Below, in pieces: positions 24,515-35,049 of a stretch of 64,000 nt of DNA. Each line of letters starts with the position of its first letter. The first letter of the stretch is position 1. Under the pieces are notes generated by a model. The model saw only the letters and a list, made by a program, of their open reading frames with translations, was not told where the DNA came from and made no database searches. The position numbers and the translations under genes were made by a program. The DNA lies in contig CP120457.1 of NCBI GenBank assembly GCA_034226945.1, positions 372,001 through 436,000 of the forward strand. The letters are read 5' to 3'. This stretch comes from Picochlorum sp. SENEW3. Lineage: Eukaryota.

Positions 24515-25826
24515 ATGAGCGGAGGTGAGCCTCCTAAGGAGATTAAAGACGCCCTGAGCGCTCTTTTCCTCGACGATTCCCGACCAAAGGATAAATATCA
24601 GTTTTGGGAGACGCAACCCGTGTCTCAATTTCACGAGGACGATGGAGAGGTGCGTGAAGCATATTCAATTCCAGTCACCTCTCTGTGTGTGATCTGTACC
24701 TGACATTGACTGGAATGCCTTTCAGATTGTCGAAGGACCTATAGATGATCCAAAAACAGTCTCTGATGTACGCCAAGACCCGTATTCTCTGCCCAGCTCG
24801 TTCGAGTGGTGTGACTGCGATGTCCAAGACGAGGGCGTTCTGAAAGAAATCTACGAACTTCTCAGCGCACATTACGTCGAAGATGATGACAACATGTTCC
24901 GATTTGCCTACTCAAGGAACTTTCTGCGGTGGTCTCTGCTGGCACCTGGCTATCGTCAGAGTTGGATGGCAGGAGTCAGGGTGTCTGGTTCTGGCAAGTT
25001 GGTGGCGTTCATCTCAGCCATTCCAGTGGAAATGAGAGTGCATGAAAAGCATGTACAGATGGTTGAAATCAACTTTTTATGTGTGCACAAAAAGTTGCGT
25101 CAGAAGAGGCTCGCGCCAGTGTTGATCAAGGAGATTACCAGACGAGTCAACCTGTGCAATATTTGGCAGGCAGTGTACACAGCAGGAATACTTTTACCAA
25201 AGCCATTAGCGCAGTGCCAGTATTGGCATCGCCCTCTCAATCCGAAAAAGTTGATATCGGTCGGATTCAGTAGTCTTGGTCCCAGGATGACAATGGCACG
25301 GACAATCAAGCTGTACAAAGTGCCCCAGGATCCAACAATCCCAGGTGTTCGACCAATGGAGGATAAAGACGTGTCGGCCGTGTGGAGATTATTATCAGAG
25401 TATCTGAAGAAATTCAAATTAGCTCCAGTGTTGTCAGAGGAGGAGATTCGACACTGGCTGGTCATGCAAAAGGATGTCATATATAGTTATGTTGTAGAGA
25501 GTGATGCAGGCGAGGTGACTGACTTTTTATCATTTTATACCCTGCCCTCTACAATTATAGGAAACGATCAATATAAAGAGCTCAAGGCAGCGTACATGTT
25601 TTACACAGTTCCGAATAGCGTGGACATTGCAGAGCTTATGCAAAATGCATTGATCTTGGCAAATTCAACAGGTCATGATGTGTATAATGCACTTGATATC
25701 CTTGATAATGCTGATGTGTTAAAGGACCTGAAGTTTGGGATTGGCGATGGTAAATTGCGATATTACTTGTTCAATTGGAGGTGCCAGGAGATTGAAGCCA
25801 AGGATGTGGGACTCGTGATGCTGTAA
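24515..25826 (+). CDS. NMT1: Glycylpeptide N-myristoyltransferase
   Basis: FWETQPV, HYVEDDDNMFRF, EINFLCVHKKLR, KFGIGDG, C-terminal GLVML; intron 24650..24725. Confidence 0.97.
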
Positions 25827-26007
25827 GGTGCCCTATGTTGACCAAGATGACAATGGCATCATCACATCACCACTTGAAATGATATTCTGCCAATCGACCA
25901 TGACGTGTAAATAAAAAGATGTGCTTGATTCTTATTCAGCAGTGATCTAGCCGCTAGCATATCATCTCTCGCTTCCTCTTGGGATGGCCATTCTAGGCCG
26001 CGACACT

Positions 26008-26021
26008 GTGCCACGTGGCAC
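26008..26021. promoter_or_regulatory. Perfect palindromic G-box (GTGCCACGTGGCAC)
   Basis: 14-bp palindrome with a CACGTG core, ~90 nt upstream of the decarboxylase ATG. Confidence 0.5.
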
Positions 26022-26112
26022 TTGCAGGATTGTTCCAGAAATCAAATCAAATCATAGATGCTGTGGCTAAAATTATGCATTGTGATATTTTTGGAGTAAT
26101 AAAAGCAACAAT

Positions 26113-27618
26113 ATGGTAACGAGATCAGAAGAAACAATAGAGTCCAAGGCTCGTGGGCAGAATGGGTACTCCAACGACGACGAACAGGTCCTTCAGCGTG
26201 TCTCGGAACAGTTTCATCAGACGAATGGAGGCACTCGCCCGATAAATACATTGCATTCAAAAGATACAATTGTCAAACATGGAGTTGTGGAGGAAAAAGT
26301 TGTTCCTACCCCCGTCATTGATCGTGACGTGGGATGTTTTACTGAGACTGAGATTGATGACAAGATCAAGAGCATTTTTGAAGACTATCAGCAGTATTTG
26401 GAGACTGCACAAGTGCATCAATTAGGGTATCCAATCAATCATACAGCCAATAAATATATCGATTTGTCTCCCCTAGTTCCTTTTCAGAAGTACTACCTGA
26501 ATAATGTGGGAAGTCCAGAAGACTCGGTTCCTTTTGCATCGCATTCTCATGCCTTTGAGTTGGGGGTATTGCACTGGTTTGCTGATCTCTGGAATCTTGA
26601 CAAAGATGATTTGTGGGGTTATATAACAACAGGAGGTACCGAAAGTAATTTGCAAGCTTTGTATACGGCCCGAGAGAACTTTCCTCAAGGGGTATTGTAT
26701 CTGAGCAAGGAGGCTCATTTTTCCTTGTTCAAGGCAAGTCATCTTCTTCGGATGGATACGGTAATTATAGATACTTCTGAGAGAGGAGAGCTCAAGTACG
26801 AAGATTTGCAGAGGGAGCTGGTGAGGAATAAAGGCAGGCCTGCAATTCTAGCACTTACGTATGGTACAACAATGAAAGGGGCCATTGATGACCCAACGAA
26901 AGCTTTAGCATGCCTGAAAGCCGCTGGGTATGCATCAAACTTTTACATTCATGTGGATGCTGCTCTATCAGGTATTTTTGTGCCTCTGCTCGGTGAGGGC
27001 TCTGGTGCTCCTCGGCTTTCATTTGCAGAACAAGCCATCTCATCCGTCTCGGTATCAGGTCACAAGTTCCTGGGCAGCCCTATACCGTGTGGTGTCATCC
27101 TGATCCGAAAACAATTTATTGAGAATATAGGTAGGAATGTTGAGTATATTTTTTCAAAGGATATAACGTTGACATGTTCCCGGAGTGGGCATTCTTCGCT
27201 GATGCTTTGGTTCATGATTTCAAAGTTGGGGAGAAAACACATTCGAGATGATGGTCTGCGATGCATTCGATATGCACAGGAGCTCCAAAAGAAGCTTTCA
27301 AGCAGTGGAATATATTCATATGTCAATCCTTGGAGCATCACTGTTGTGTTTGAGAAACCAAATGATATGTCATTCCTAAGAGAGTGGCAATTGGCTGCTC
27401 AACAAGATATCTGCCACGTCGTTGTCATGCCTCATTTGCAGAAAGAGACGCTTGATATTTTTGCGGATGAACTCATTGCATGCATTAAAAAATCTGATTC
27501 TGGCATGAAAGCCAGACTAAAGGCTGATGATGAGGTGTCAAAGTTTGAGGAAGCACAACAGCAACTTCATGACATGAGTTTTTCAAATCAGCACTGCATT
27601 CCCAGGCATATCAGCTAA
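26113..27618 (+). CDS. Group II PLP-dependent decarboxylase, serine/histidine decarboxylase family
   Basis: LGYPIN, WGYITTGGTESN, HFSLFKA, GTTMKGAIDD, YIHVDAAL and SVSGHKFLG (PLP lysine). Confidence 0.9.
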   Translation: MVTRSEETIESKARGQNGYSNDDEQVLQRVSEQFHQTNGGTRPINTLHSKDTIVKHGVVEEKVVPTPVIDRDVGCFTETEIDDKIKSIFEDYQQYLETAQVHQLGYPINHTANKYIDLSPLVPFQKYYLNNVGSPEDSVPFASHSHAFELGVLHWFADLWNLDKDDLWGYITTGGTESNLQALYTARENFPQGVLYLSKEAHFSLFKASHLLRMDTVIIDTSERGELKYEDLQRELVRNKGRPAILALTYGTTMKGAIDDPTKALACLKAAGYASNFYIHVDAALSGIFVPLLGEGSGAPRLSFAEQAISSVSVSGHKFLGSPIPCGVILIRKQFIENIGRNVEYIFSKDITLTCSRSGHSSLMLWFMISKLGRKHIRDDGLRCIRYAQELQKKLSSSGIYSYVNPWSITVVFEKPNDMSFLREWQLAAQQDICHVVVMPHLQKETLDIFADELIACIKKSDSGMKARLKADDEVSKFEEAQQQLHDMSFSNQHCIPRHIS

Positions 27619-29158
27619 TATAGATTGGAACAATCAAGACCTTTTGGTTTGATTTTTTCAACAATCCAATGTATCTGGCTATGGAGCGATCTGGAATGGA
27701 TTTTTGCATTTTGAATGGATCCCTGAAAGAGACAATATCCGTTGCTTTGAATGCTTCCGAGATGATATTTGAGAACAGCATAGCATCAAATTGATATTTT
27801 ATATCTCTTGTAGGCACAAAAAAGAGATACAGTACCTCATTATTGCAAGCATGCAGAGCAGCATCGACACTGAGGCCATTTGAAAGTTGCGCTTGCCATG
27901 TAATGTCATGCAAGTCCTCCACATTGGATTGCAATGCGCTGAGTACATCACGCGCATCTTTTTCAACGAGATTCCAATGCATAGAAATCATGGGATGAGC
28001 ACGTCTCTCTCGATACGGCCTATTCTGCTGGCCAGCCTTCATCCATCTCACATGATTGAAATCCACCGCATCACTGATGCTCTGGAATGTGCCCCCAAAT
28101 ACACGCATATTTCTTTTCAATTTCTCTACAAGCCTGTTATTTTTTCCACTAAAAAGCTCTTGAACTCTACTGTCCCAACTCTTCAACCGACCAGATGCAC
28201 CTGCTGCCAACATATCCTCTATACTACCAAATGCACGAACCAATTTTGCTGCCGTCGTATCACTCATACCCAATCCACCAATGCCCGACTCTGATTTTCC
28301 AACAAGAGTTAAGAAGGTCCTATACTGCCTTGGATGAAAATAGTCCTTCCATTCAAATGAATCCAACGTGACACATGCCAACCCTTGCGGGCTTGTCAAC
28401 GTTGGGAATGGAAGAATGTTCAACAAAGACACATGTTCATCTATACATTCCTGCAAATCCGTATCCCCACTAGCGACATATACATGGTATGAAGGCTTAT
28501 TCCAATCCAATTCTTCAGTGCACGCATGAACGATATGGCGGATGGCAGCATCTGCTTCATGTCCTTGAGGGGAAATGACCATGTCTGCCGACTCATCTCC
28601 TTGTCTCTTGAAATATTCCCTGTATTCCCACAAATGGCTCCCACCCCGCGTATCACGGGGAGGATTATTACTATCCACTTGTTCTGTACTCTGCTTTTTC
28701 CGTCGTCTCACTTTGTAGCCCTGCTCCTCCTTGTACCTCATCTCATTGTCATGTCCTGCCACGCCAGGTCTGCTATTTGCTGGATGATCAAAAACACACA
28801 GAATCGCATTCGCGCCCACATATGACGCAAGAAACTCTACCCATACGATAAAAACATCCCTCGGTTTATACCGGGTAATCTTTCTTTCATCCGTACCATG
28901 AGCAAGCTGCTTGCCGTCCTGCAGGACATTCACCTTTGCCCCATACACCTTGCTCAAGATATTCGTCCCATCAACAACTAAATACGTGCTTCCAACAGAA
29001 CGCGCGTCTCCACTCAATACCGACACACATCTTTTCCTTGTGGTACCCCGACAGTATGCTCTATGGGATGAGTACCACACATCTGCCCTTTGTTGCACTC
29101 GACTCTCACACAGCTTGTGAGTGGATACCCACCCGTGTCGTCCCACCACCATGAGCAT
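27611..29158 (-). CDS. Organelle-targeted 5'-3' exonuclease (PIN/FEN-like, Pol I 5'-nuclease type) with a C-terminal extension
   Basis: LVVDGTN, CVFD, YK..R, GHEADA, SGDTDLQ and helix-hairpin-helix-like GIGGLGMSDTTAAKLVRAFGSIE; transit-like N-terminus. Confidence 0.8.
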   Translation of the reverse strand: MLMVVGRHGWVSTHKLCESRVQQRADVWYSSHRAYCRGTTRKRCVSVLSGDARSVGSTYLVVDGTNILSKVYGAKVNVLQDGKQLAHGTDERKITRYKPRDVFIVWVEFLASYVGANAILCVFDHPANSRPGVAGHDNEMRYKEEQGYKVRRRKKQSTEQVDSNNPPRDTRGGSHLWEYREYFKRQGDESADMVISPQGHEADAAIRHIVHACTEELDWNKPSYHVYVASGDTDLQECIDEHVSLLNILPFPTLTSPQGLACVTLDSFEWKDYFHPRQYRTFLTLVGKSESGIGGLGMSDTTAAKLVRAFGSIEDMLAAGASGRLKSWDSRVQELFSGKNNRLVEKLKRNMRVFGGTFQSISDAVDFNHVRWMKAGQQNRPYRERRAHPMISMHWNLVEKDARDVLSALQSNVEDLHDITWQAQLSNGLSVDAALHACNNEVLYLFFVPTRDIKYQFDAMLFSNIISEAFKATDIVSFRDPFKMQKSIPDRSIARYIGLLKKSNQKVLIVPIYIS

Positions 29159-29447
29159 CCATCTATCACAATTCCATCGTATATCACTATTAAGGTATAC
29201 AATGATCTTTAATCAACCATTCAAGTCACCAAAATTGCTCCAATTCCTTGGTGCGATGCAGATGGTTTTCAAAACACCCTTCCCTTCATCTGGGGCCACC
29301 GCGCGGTGGGATCCGGATGGATGAAAAGCAGACCCTTTGAAATGGACAATCTTTCATGTGAATCCAATGAATCACGCACCAGGACCATTACAATTTTACT
29401 ATGAATGCGAATTCCATACTTGAATATGAAAGCGTGATACCGCTGAT

Positions 29448-30227
29448 ATGAGTAGTTTTTTCTCACTGCCACACAGGCTTGCACGCTGTACTACTCTCTC
29501 GAGATCATCGTGCCAGTTTTTTCAATTTAGAAAACAATCAACTCAGATTGATCGATTTAAAAGGAAAGCACCCTTGGTAAAGAGAGCGGTCGGATTTAAA
29601 GCCGATTTTCCTCTCCAACAAGCACTGAGGCGTTATTGTCGTATGTGCGCAGCGACAGAAGATTTTGGGGATGAGGACAGTTTATCTCAATGGTTGAGTG
29701 AGAGGGGAATAGATACGTTACAGTATGGTTCTGCAGAGGGATCAAAGACCATTGGAAACCTGCTCCAGGAAGTCAGGCAAGGTGAGAGCTGCCTTGTGAC
29801 AACAGAGGAAGGCACACCCTTGCGGCGTGTAGCCATCGTGAGTGTCAATATTACAAATGATAATGGAGAATCTCTGGTCGAAGCGAAGCAAATATTGCCG
29901 GGAGGGCGAGTGCGGGAGAGGAATCTATTATTGAGTGAGAAGATGTTGCCTGATGAGGACCCGTTTGATGCTGCCATTCGTGGGATTCGAGAGGAATTGG
30001 GATCAATTCTTCCAGAAAATCCCGAGATTACGATACTGAAAAATACGTATAGTACTAGTATGGAGCAGCATGCGAGTACTTCGTATCCAGGACTGTGTAC
30101 AGAGTATATTTGTCACAAGGTTGACGCACATGTAGATGATCTGCCGCAACATGAAAATTTCATGACAGAAGAAATGCGTCCAGATGGTGTCTTGTTATCG
30201 TCATGGGAATGGAGAGTGTATTTTTAA
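29448..30227 (+). CDS. Nudix-fold hydrolase-like protein, probably organellar
   Basis: Partial Nudix box (E)DPFDAAIRGIREELG; STSYPGL motif; transit-like N-terminus. Confidence 0.7.
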   Translation: MSSFFSLPHRLARCTTLSRSSCQFFQFRKQSTQIDRFKRKAPLVKRAVGFKADFPLQQALRRYCRMCAATEDFGDEDSLSQWLSERGIDTLQYGSAEGSKTIGNLLQEVRQGESCLVTTEEGTPLRRVAIVSVNITNDNGESLVEAKQILPGGRVRERNLLLSEKMLPDEDPFDAAIRGIREELGSILPENPEITILKNTYSTSMEQHASTSYPGLCTEYICHKVDAHVDDLPQHENFMTEEMRPDGVLLSSWEWRVYF

Positions 30228-30814
30228 AATTGCAGTATATTTTCTGGATTGTTGGACATGCATGTCAGGCATATGTCTAGGGGCTTGAAAAAAATCTTGC
30301 CTGGTATGGTATGCATGTTTCGACCTGGTCCCCAAATTGAACCTTCTTTGTATGAATGAATCACAAACAAAATGATGAATGGATATGTAATGCGTTCAAA
30401 TCTTTCGTATCAATGGAATGGTAATTTCTGGTCATACCATGACAGCCATAGGGCTCTGCACTCCCCCAATGGCTCTCCTTTTATGCAAGAAGGAATAGCA
30501 AGAAAATGAGCTGCTGCTGTTCTTGGCACTGGGTCTCATGAAATCTGTACGTTGCTTTCAATTCCTTCCTCACAGGAGCCCTTTCGATTTCAGAATCTAT
30601 ACTATTGAAGTCGTCTTGTTTTAACCCCTACAGGGGGGCGCATTGTGCATGCCCACATCAGCCTCCCGTGAAACGGTCCTCTGGAAGGCCTTCCGTCCTA
30701 GGACCAATCTCGCGAGAGATTGGTCTGAGATGATCTCGAGCGCGTTCGTGGAACTTTGATTCTCACCCCAAGAGCGGCAGTACACTTTCTTTGATTCGTT
30801 TTTTGTCCATAGAT

Positions 30815-31450
30815 ATGAAACGTGACCTTGCTAATGTAGAATCTGGTAGTGGCAAAACCTCACGAGGTACGAAGAGACGGCAGATACCGCCCAAGGTGAC
30901 GTCAGCACCTACGACGGTGGTGGATGGTACTTCAGGGTGCAGGCTTGAAGAGGGATTCGCAGAGAGGGACACTGCCATGAGGGACCACCGTAACCTAGAC
31001 ACGGATTTTGAGTTGGATAGAATGAGTTTGGCTGATTTTTTTCGTGAAGCCGAGGGTGAACAAGAAGAGGACAGTCATGCCATGGGGCTCCATCCAGGAG
31101 GACCTCCTCCTCCTCAACGGGAAGTTGTGCTCTGGAGTGTGGATTCATCCGGCGACAATTATCCAGTCAAAACCATGCAGATTCTCGCATCTATACGGGC
31201 AAATTATGCTGATATTGATGATATTGTTTCCCCGTTCGAGGATCCTGAGATATTGGCCCTCCTTCCAGACACTTCGGGAAGTACCGTCTGTGATGATTCC
31301 AGTATGGATGAAGGGGACATCCTTTCCAGGGACGAGCATCGTCAAATATGCCCAGTACCTGTTCGACTCTCACATGAGGATGAGTATGACAGTCTTGACG
31401 TGATGAAGATACTGAGGAATCAGGATGCAAACAACCAGGAATTTGAATAA
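30815..31450 (+). CDS. Hypothetical acidic protein
   Basis: ~210-codon ORF with coding-like composition; no domain recognised. Confidence 0.55.
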   Translation: MKRDLANVESGSGKTSRGTKRRQIPPKVTSAPTTVVDGTSGCRLEEGFAERDTAMRDHRNLDTDFELDRMSLADFFREAEGEQEEDSHAMGLHPGGPPPPQREVVLWSVDSSGDNYPVKTMQILASIRANYADIDDIVSPFEDPEILALLPDTSGSTVCDDSSMDEGDILSRDEHRQICPVPVRLSHEDEYDSLDVMKILRNQDANNQEFE

Positions 31451-31785
31451 TGATGATGATAATAATAATGCTCTTGGCCATTCAGATGTGTGTCTGAATT
31501 CTTGTGATCCATGCCGCTCTTTCTGTTTATCGGAGATTTCTGGCTGGTAGTTTTTGTCGGTTCTGCGATGCATGCCAGCTGTGCATTCTTTTGAGTGTTT
31601 TGTAGCATACAGCGTTCTGTGCTGTTCTTTACAAAGAGTGAAAACAAATAAGGTTTGAAACAAATATGTGATGATGTTGATATCCGCAATAATTCGTATG
31701 TATCATATATATTCAAGACTAATACAGTAAAAATGTTCATCCATCTGAAGTATGCTCAATTCTTTACTTTACTCTCTGAGAGGTA

Positions 31786-31970
31786 TCATGTTGGTGTTAG
31801 TTGGGCAGGAGCAGAGCATGCTGTACCAACGTCATTGTGAGCTACCACCCAACAGGTGTACGACGATCCTGAGGTTATTGCATCTACTATAGTCTTTCTG
31901 CTACCCTTCTTTGGTCTTTGAATCTCAAAAGGTTCCCCAGTGGGACAACCTGAACTCAATCCTTTGCCAC
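31786..31970 (-). pseudogene. Fibronectin type III-like coding fragment
   Basis: A minus frame reads GLSSGCPTGEPFEIQRPKKGSRKTIVDAITSGSSYTCWVVAHNDVGTACSAPAQLTPT*. This resembles the FN3 C-terminal Y-x-C-x-V-x-A-x-N-x-x-G pattern, but an in-frame TAG precedes it. Confidence 0.35.
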
Positions 31971-32360
31971 CTCTCTATTCTGAGAGAGAGCCCGACCCAC
32001 AAAAATATTGCCAGGCTGCTTGAAAATCTTTTTCCGAGTCACCAAGACTTTTAAGGAGTTCGCCTTCAACCCTCTGAATCTAGTTAAAAAGTTTAGATCT
32101 GAGCACATGTATGGGCTCGTATCGACCAGTTGGTGGGTCGGATTCAAGGCAATGCAACCATGTACAACCATGTTTGAACTGTAATGGCTTTGCAATCTGA
32201 TATTCAAACAGCGTCGCCATCCATGGGTGGCATATCGATTCAAATACCGGATAAAATTTAAAACATCATGCACAGAATGATTTTCTATCCGTAATATATC
32301 CATTGAATACACTTTCGTGGTAGTAGTTGTAGTAGAATTGCATACATTTCTCTCTGCAGT

Positions 32361-33356
32361 ATGCGGCATACTTGTTCATCAATCTGTGTCAGGCATGTTC
32401 ATCTACTATATTCAGAATATATTTCTACCGGTGAAACTGCCATTGGTCCGCCTCGTTTGACTCGATGGTGGGATTCCTGCACCCTGAGGAATAGGAGGGT
32501 TTTCAGCACCTCTGGTGCCAATACAAAAGAGTCTCTGCAGATGAAGAAGGCAAGGATGTACTCACCTTTTGTAGGAGCGGTTGCTGGGTTATTTGGATCA
32601 ATGGTAGGAGTGGGTGGGGGGATTATCATGAACCCAATGCTTCTGAACATTTGCAGAACAATTCCTCAACGGGTCCTGACAGGGACATCATTAGCTGCGG
32701 TGTTTTCCACCGCTTTGGCGGGTAGTTCGACATTCGCATCTAGTAGCTGCGTTGATATACCATCTACAGTGTTGATTTCGTCATCGGCGATGCTATTTTC
32801 TCCCATTGGGGCTCGCCTGACAGCGATTTTAGACTGCAATACTCTGAGAGCGTGTCTAGGGTACTTTCTGTTTGCTGCAGCGCCCCTAGTTCCTCTCAAA
32901 GCCATGCTTATATCTTCACCAGATGATGACACGGTAGATAAACAAGATTCTTCGTCATCATGGATAGAGTCGATTCAGGAGATGCCGTTGGGCAGTGTTT
33001 TAAAAATGCTTGGAATTGGTGCGGTTGCTGGAACAGCGTCAGGGCTTCTTGGGATTGGCGGAGGTACCATTGTGACGCCCATGCTGGCATTAACTACAAC
33101 ACTGGACCATTCTGTGGTTTTAGGAACGTCTCTTACTAGTATGATACCGCCTGCCATGACTGGGATAGTGAGCCACTACTATCTTGGCAATGTTGACATG
33201 CGCTTGGCTGCTGGACTCATACTAGGAACCAGTATAGGGGGCTTTGTGGGGAGCACGTGTGCCTTGAAGGCACCGCAAGGGGTTTTAGAAGGTATCTTTT
33301 CGCTCGGAATGATATTCCTAGGTAGAAAGACACTGGCATCAGTTGCCACCAAATAA
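32361..33356 (+). CDS. TauE/SafE (TSUP) family membrane transporter
   Basis: Duplicated motif GSMVGVGGGIIMNP / SGLLGIGGGTIVTP, GTSL motifs and multiple TM helices. Confidence 0.9.
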   Translation: MRHTCSSICVRHVHLLYSEYISTGETAIGPPRLTRWWDSCTLRNRRVFSTSGANTKESLQMKKARMYSPFVGAVAGLFGSMVGVGGGIIMNPMLLNICRTIPQRVLTGTSLAAVFSTALAGSSTFASSSCVDIPSTVLISSSAMLFSPIGARLTAILDCNTLRACLGYFLFAAAPLVPLKAMLISSPDDDTVDKQDSSSSWIESIQEMPLGSVLKMLGIGAVAGTASGLLGIGGGTIVTPMLALTTTLDHSVVLGTSLTSMIPPAMTGIVSHYYLGNVDMRLAAGLILGTSIGGFVGSTCALKAPQGVLEGIFSLGMIFLGRKTLASVATK

Positions 33357-33388
33357 TATTGATTTGTTCATTGTAATACTGGAAAATC

Positions 33389-34948
33389 TTATGGAGTGAA
33401 AATTTCTGCCAATGTGCATCGAACACCTCCGCCTCCAATGTGTTCTAAAGTATCTATATTCGCATGATGAATGCCCGCGACATGACGCTGGAGGGTATTC
33501 TTTTGGTCAAGCGTAAAGGCATTGTATGCCCTTGTTGACATGGCCATGACTGGCAGGCCTCTATCATCTTCCAATTCCAACACATTGCCGCACAAGGCAG
33601 CCATCTGCTGCTGAGAAATATCTACAATTTCATGCGTCTTTGACAGCTTTGTCACAAAGCGTTTTCTCTCCGCATCATCAGTAATACTTTCCAGGCATGC
33701 AACAGCCACACTCGTTCCCACAGCCATCATGACATTTGTGTGATAGACAGGGGACCCTTTTGAGTCAGAACTATGAAACGTCACCAAATCATTATATCCT
33801 AATTCTGCCACCCACTTTTCTGCGAGCTCCAAATCCGCCCGCTCTGACAAGGCTACAAACGCTGTTCCCCTGACCCTGTCCAACACAAGCACACCAGTCC
33901 CCTCAAAATACCGTCCTTTCTTCTCCTCCCCAGATAAATCAACAATCTTACCATACCCCATACCCTCTAATATCTCTTTAATATCATCTCGCCGTTCCGC
34001 CTGCCTGTTTGGACACTTCATTGGATAATACACCAATGTGGATGTCCCAACGCCCCCTTGGGCCTCTGATGCTGCGTGCGTTGAAAACCAATTGTTCGGG
34101 AAAACTGCATCAGGTGTTCCGTGATGCAAACAATGTTGAAACAAATTCACCTTGACCCGCGCATTCTCTGTCAACACGGTATACAAGTCTGAAAACTCTT
34201 TCAACACCTGCTGTGTCACAGACCCCTGTATCACCTCCCCAGTCTCCGTATTCATAAACGAATTATCCTGTGCAGCCTGATCATTAAACACAAATGCAGT
34301 CGGAGCCACCATCAAAACTTCATTCGACGACTGCCTCGCCGTACTCATACTCTCAGACAGCGCAGCAGCCTCCTTCAGGTTTGAAACCTGCTTCACTGAC
34401 AACCCATGCATCTTCAAATACCGCACCAAATCAGTCCCAATATCCTTCAATGTATACGTATCATGTCCATCATAATCATACTGATCAACCACAAGCCTTT
34501 CCTGCGCCTGCAACACATCTGCAGCAACAGCAACAGTCTTTGGCCCAACCATGACAAGAGAGTCCTTCAGCAACCTCGGATTCTCATCATGCGCTGCAAA
34601 CGCATCCCTCACCACAGCAATGTGATTCGGATCTTTTCCTTGAACCATCATCCCAGAATCATACAACACGTGCTTTGGAAGCCTCGCCATGGCTCCCCAC
34701 CCTCTCTGAGCAAGCCTCACCAGCACACTCGACGAATGACCGTCATTGTGCGCATTCCCCGGCAAGACCACACATTCTCCATTTTTAGACGATCCACCAC
34801 CACCATCATCATCATGCGTGGCAAGAGAAAAAGCTGACGAATGAATCCCCTGCGTCTGAGCCACCACCACACCAAAGCTGGAAGAAGACAGCCCAGAAAC
34901 ACGCTCTCTCGCCCTTCTCAACACCGCAGGAAACATTATCACGGACAA
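33389..34948 (-). CDS. Amidinotransferase/pentein superfamily hydrolase (CtlX/arginine deiminase-related)
   Basis: EVLMVAPTAF, PDAVFPNNWFSTH, YPM..R..ERR, EGTG..VLDR, YHTNVMM and the catalytic GGGGVRCTLAEIF; mitochondrial-type presequence. Confidence 0.88.
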   Translation of the reverse strand: MSVIMFPAVLRRARERVSGLSSSSFGVVVAQTQGIHSSAFSLATHDDDGGGGSSKNGECVVLPGNAHNDGHSSSVLVRLAQRGWGAMARLPKHVLYDSGMMVQGKDPNHIAVVRDAFAAHDENPRLLKDSLVMVGPKTVAVAADVLQAQERLVVDQYDYDGHDTYTLKDIGTDLVRYLKMHGLSVKQVSNLKEAAALSESMSTARQSSNEVLMVAPTAFVFNDQAAQDNSFMNTETGEVIQGSVTQQVLKEFSDLYTVLTENARVKVNLFQHCLHHGTPDAVFPNNWFSTHAASEAQGGVGTSTLVYYPMKCPNRQAERRDDIKEILEGMGYGKIVDLSGEEKKGRYFEGTGVLVLDRVRGTAFVALSERADLELAEKWVAELGYNDLVTFHSSDSKGSPVYHTNVMMAVGTSVAVACLESITDDAERKRFVTKLSKTHEIVDISQQQMAALCGNVLELEDDRGLPVMAMSTRAYNAFTLDQKNTLQRHVAGIHHANIDTLEHIGGGGVRCTLAEIFTP

Positions 34949-35031
34949 TATCGATTTATCTCCTTCCTTTAGTTGTTATGAATGGCACATTGCTGGCGCC
35001 GCAAGGCAAATACCCTACTCCCATTCATCAC

Positions 35032-35049
35032 AGGGTTGCGAAACCCTAG
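35032..35049. promoter_or_regulatory. Telo-box-like element (AAACCCTAG) in an inverted pair
   Basis: AGGGTT-GCGA-AACCCT in a divergent promoter; a related GCAACCCTAGG lies near 15579. Confidence 0.4.

Noticed and set aside
30665..30745. Hammerhead-ribozyme-like arrangement (GAAACGG...CCGTC...stem...CTGAGATGA)
   Set aside because: The core is CUGAGAUGA rather than CUGANGA, five unpaired nucleotides follow the would-be cleavage site, and no stem II forms.
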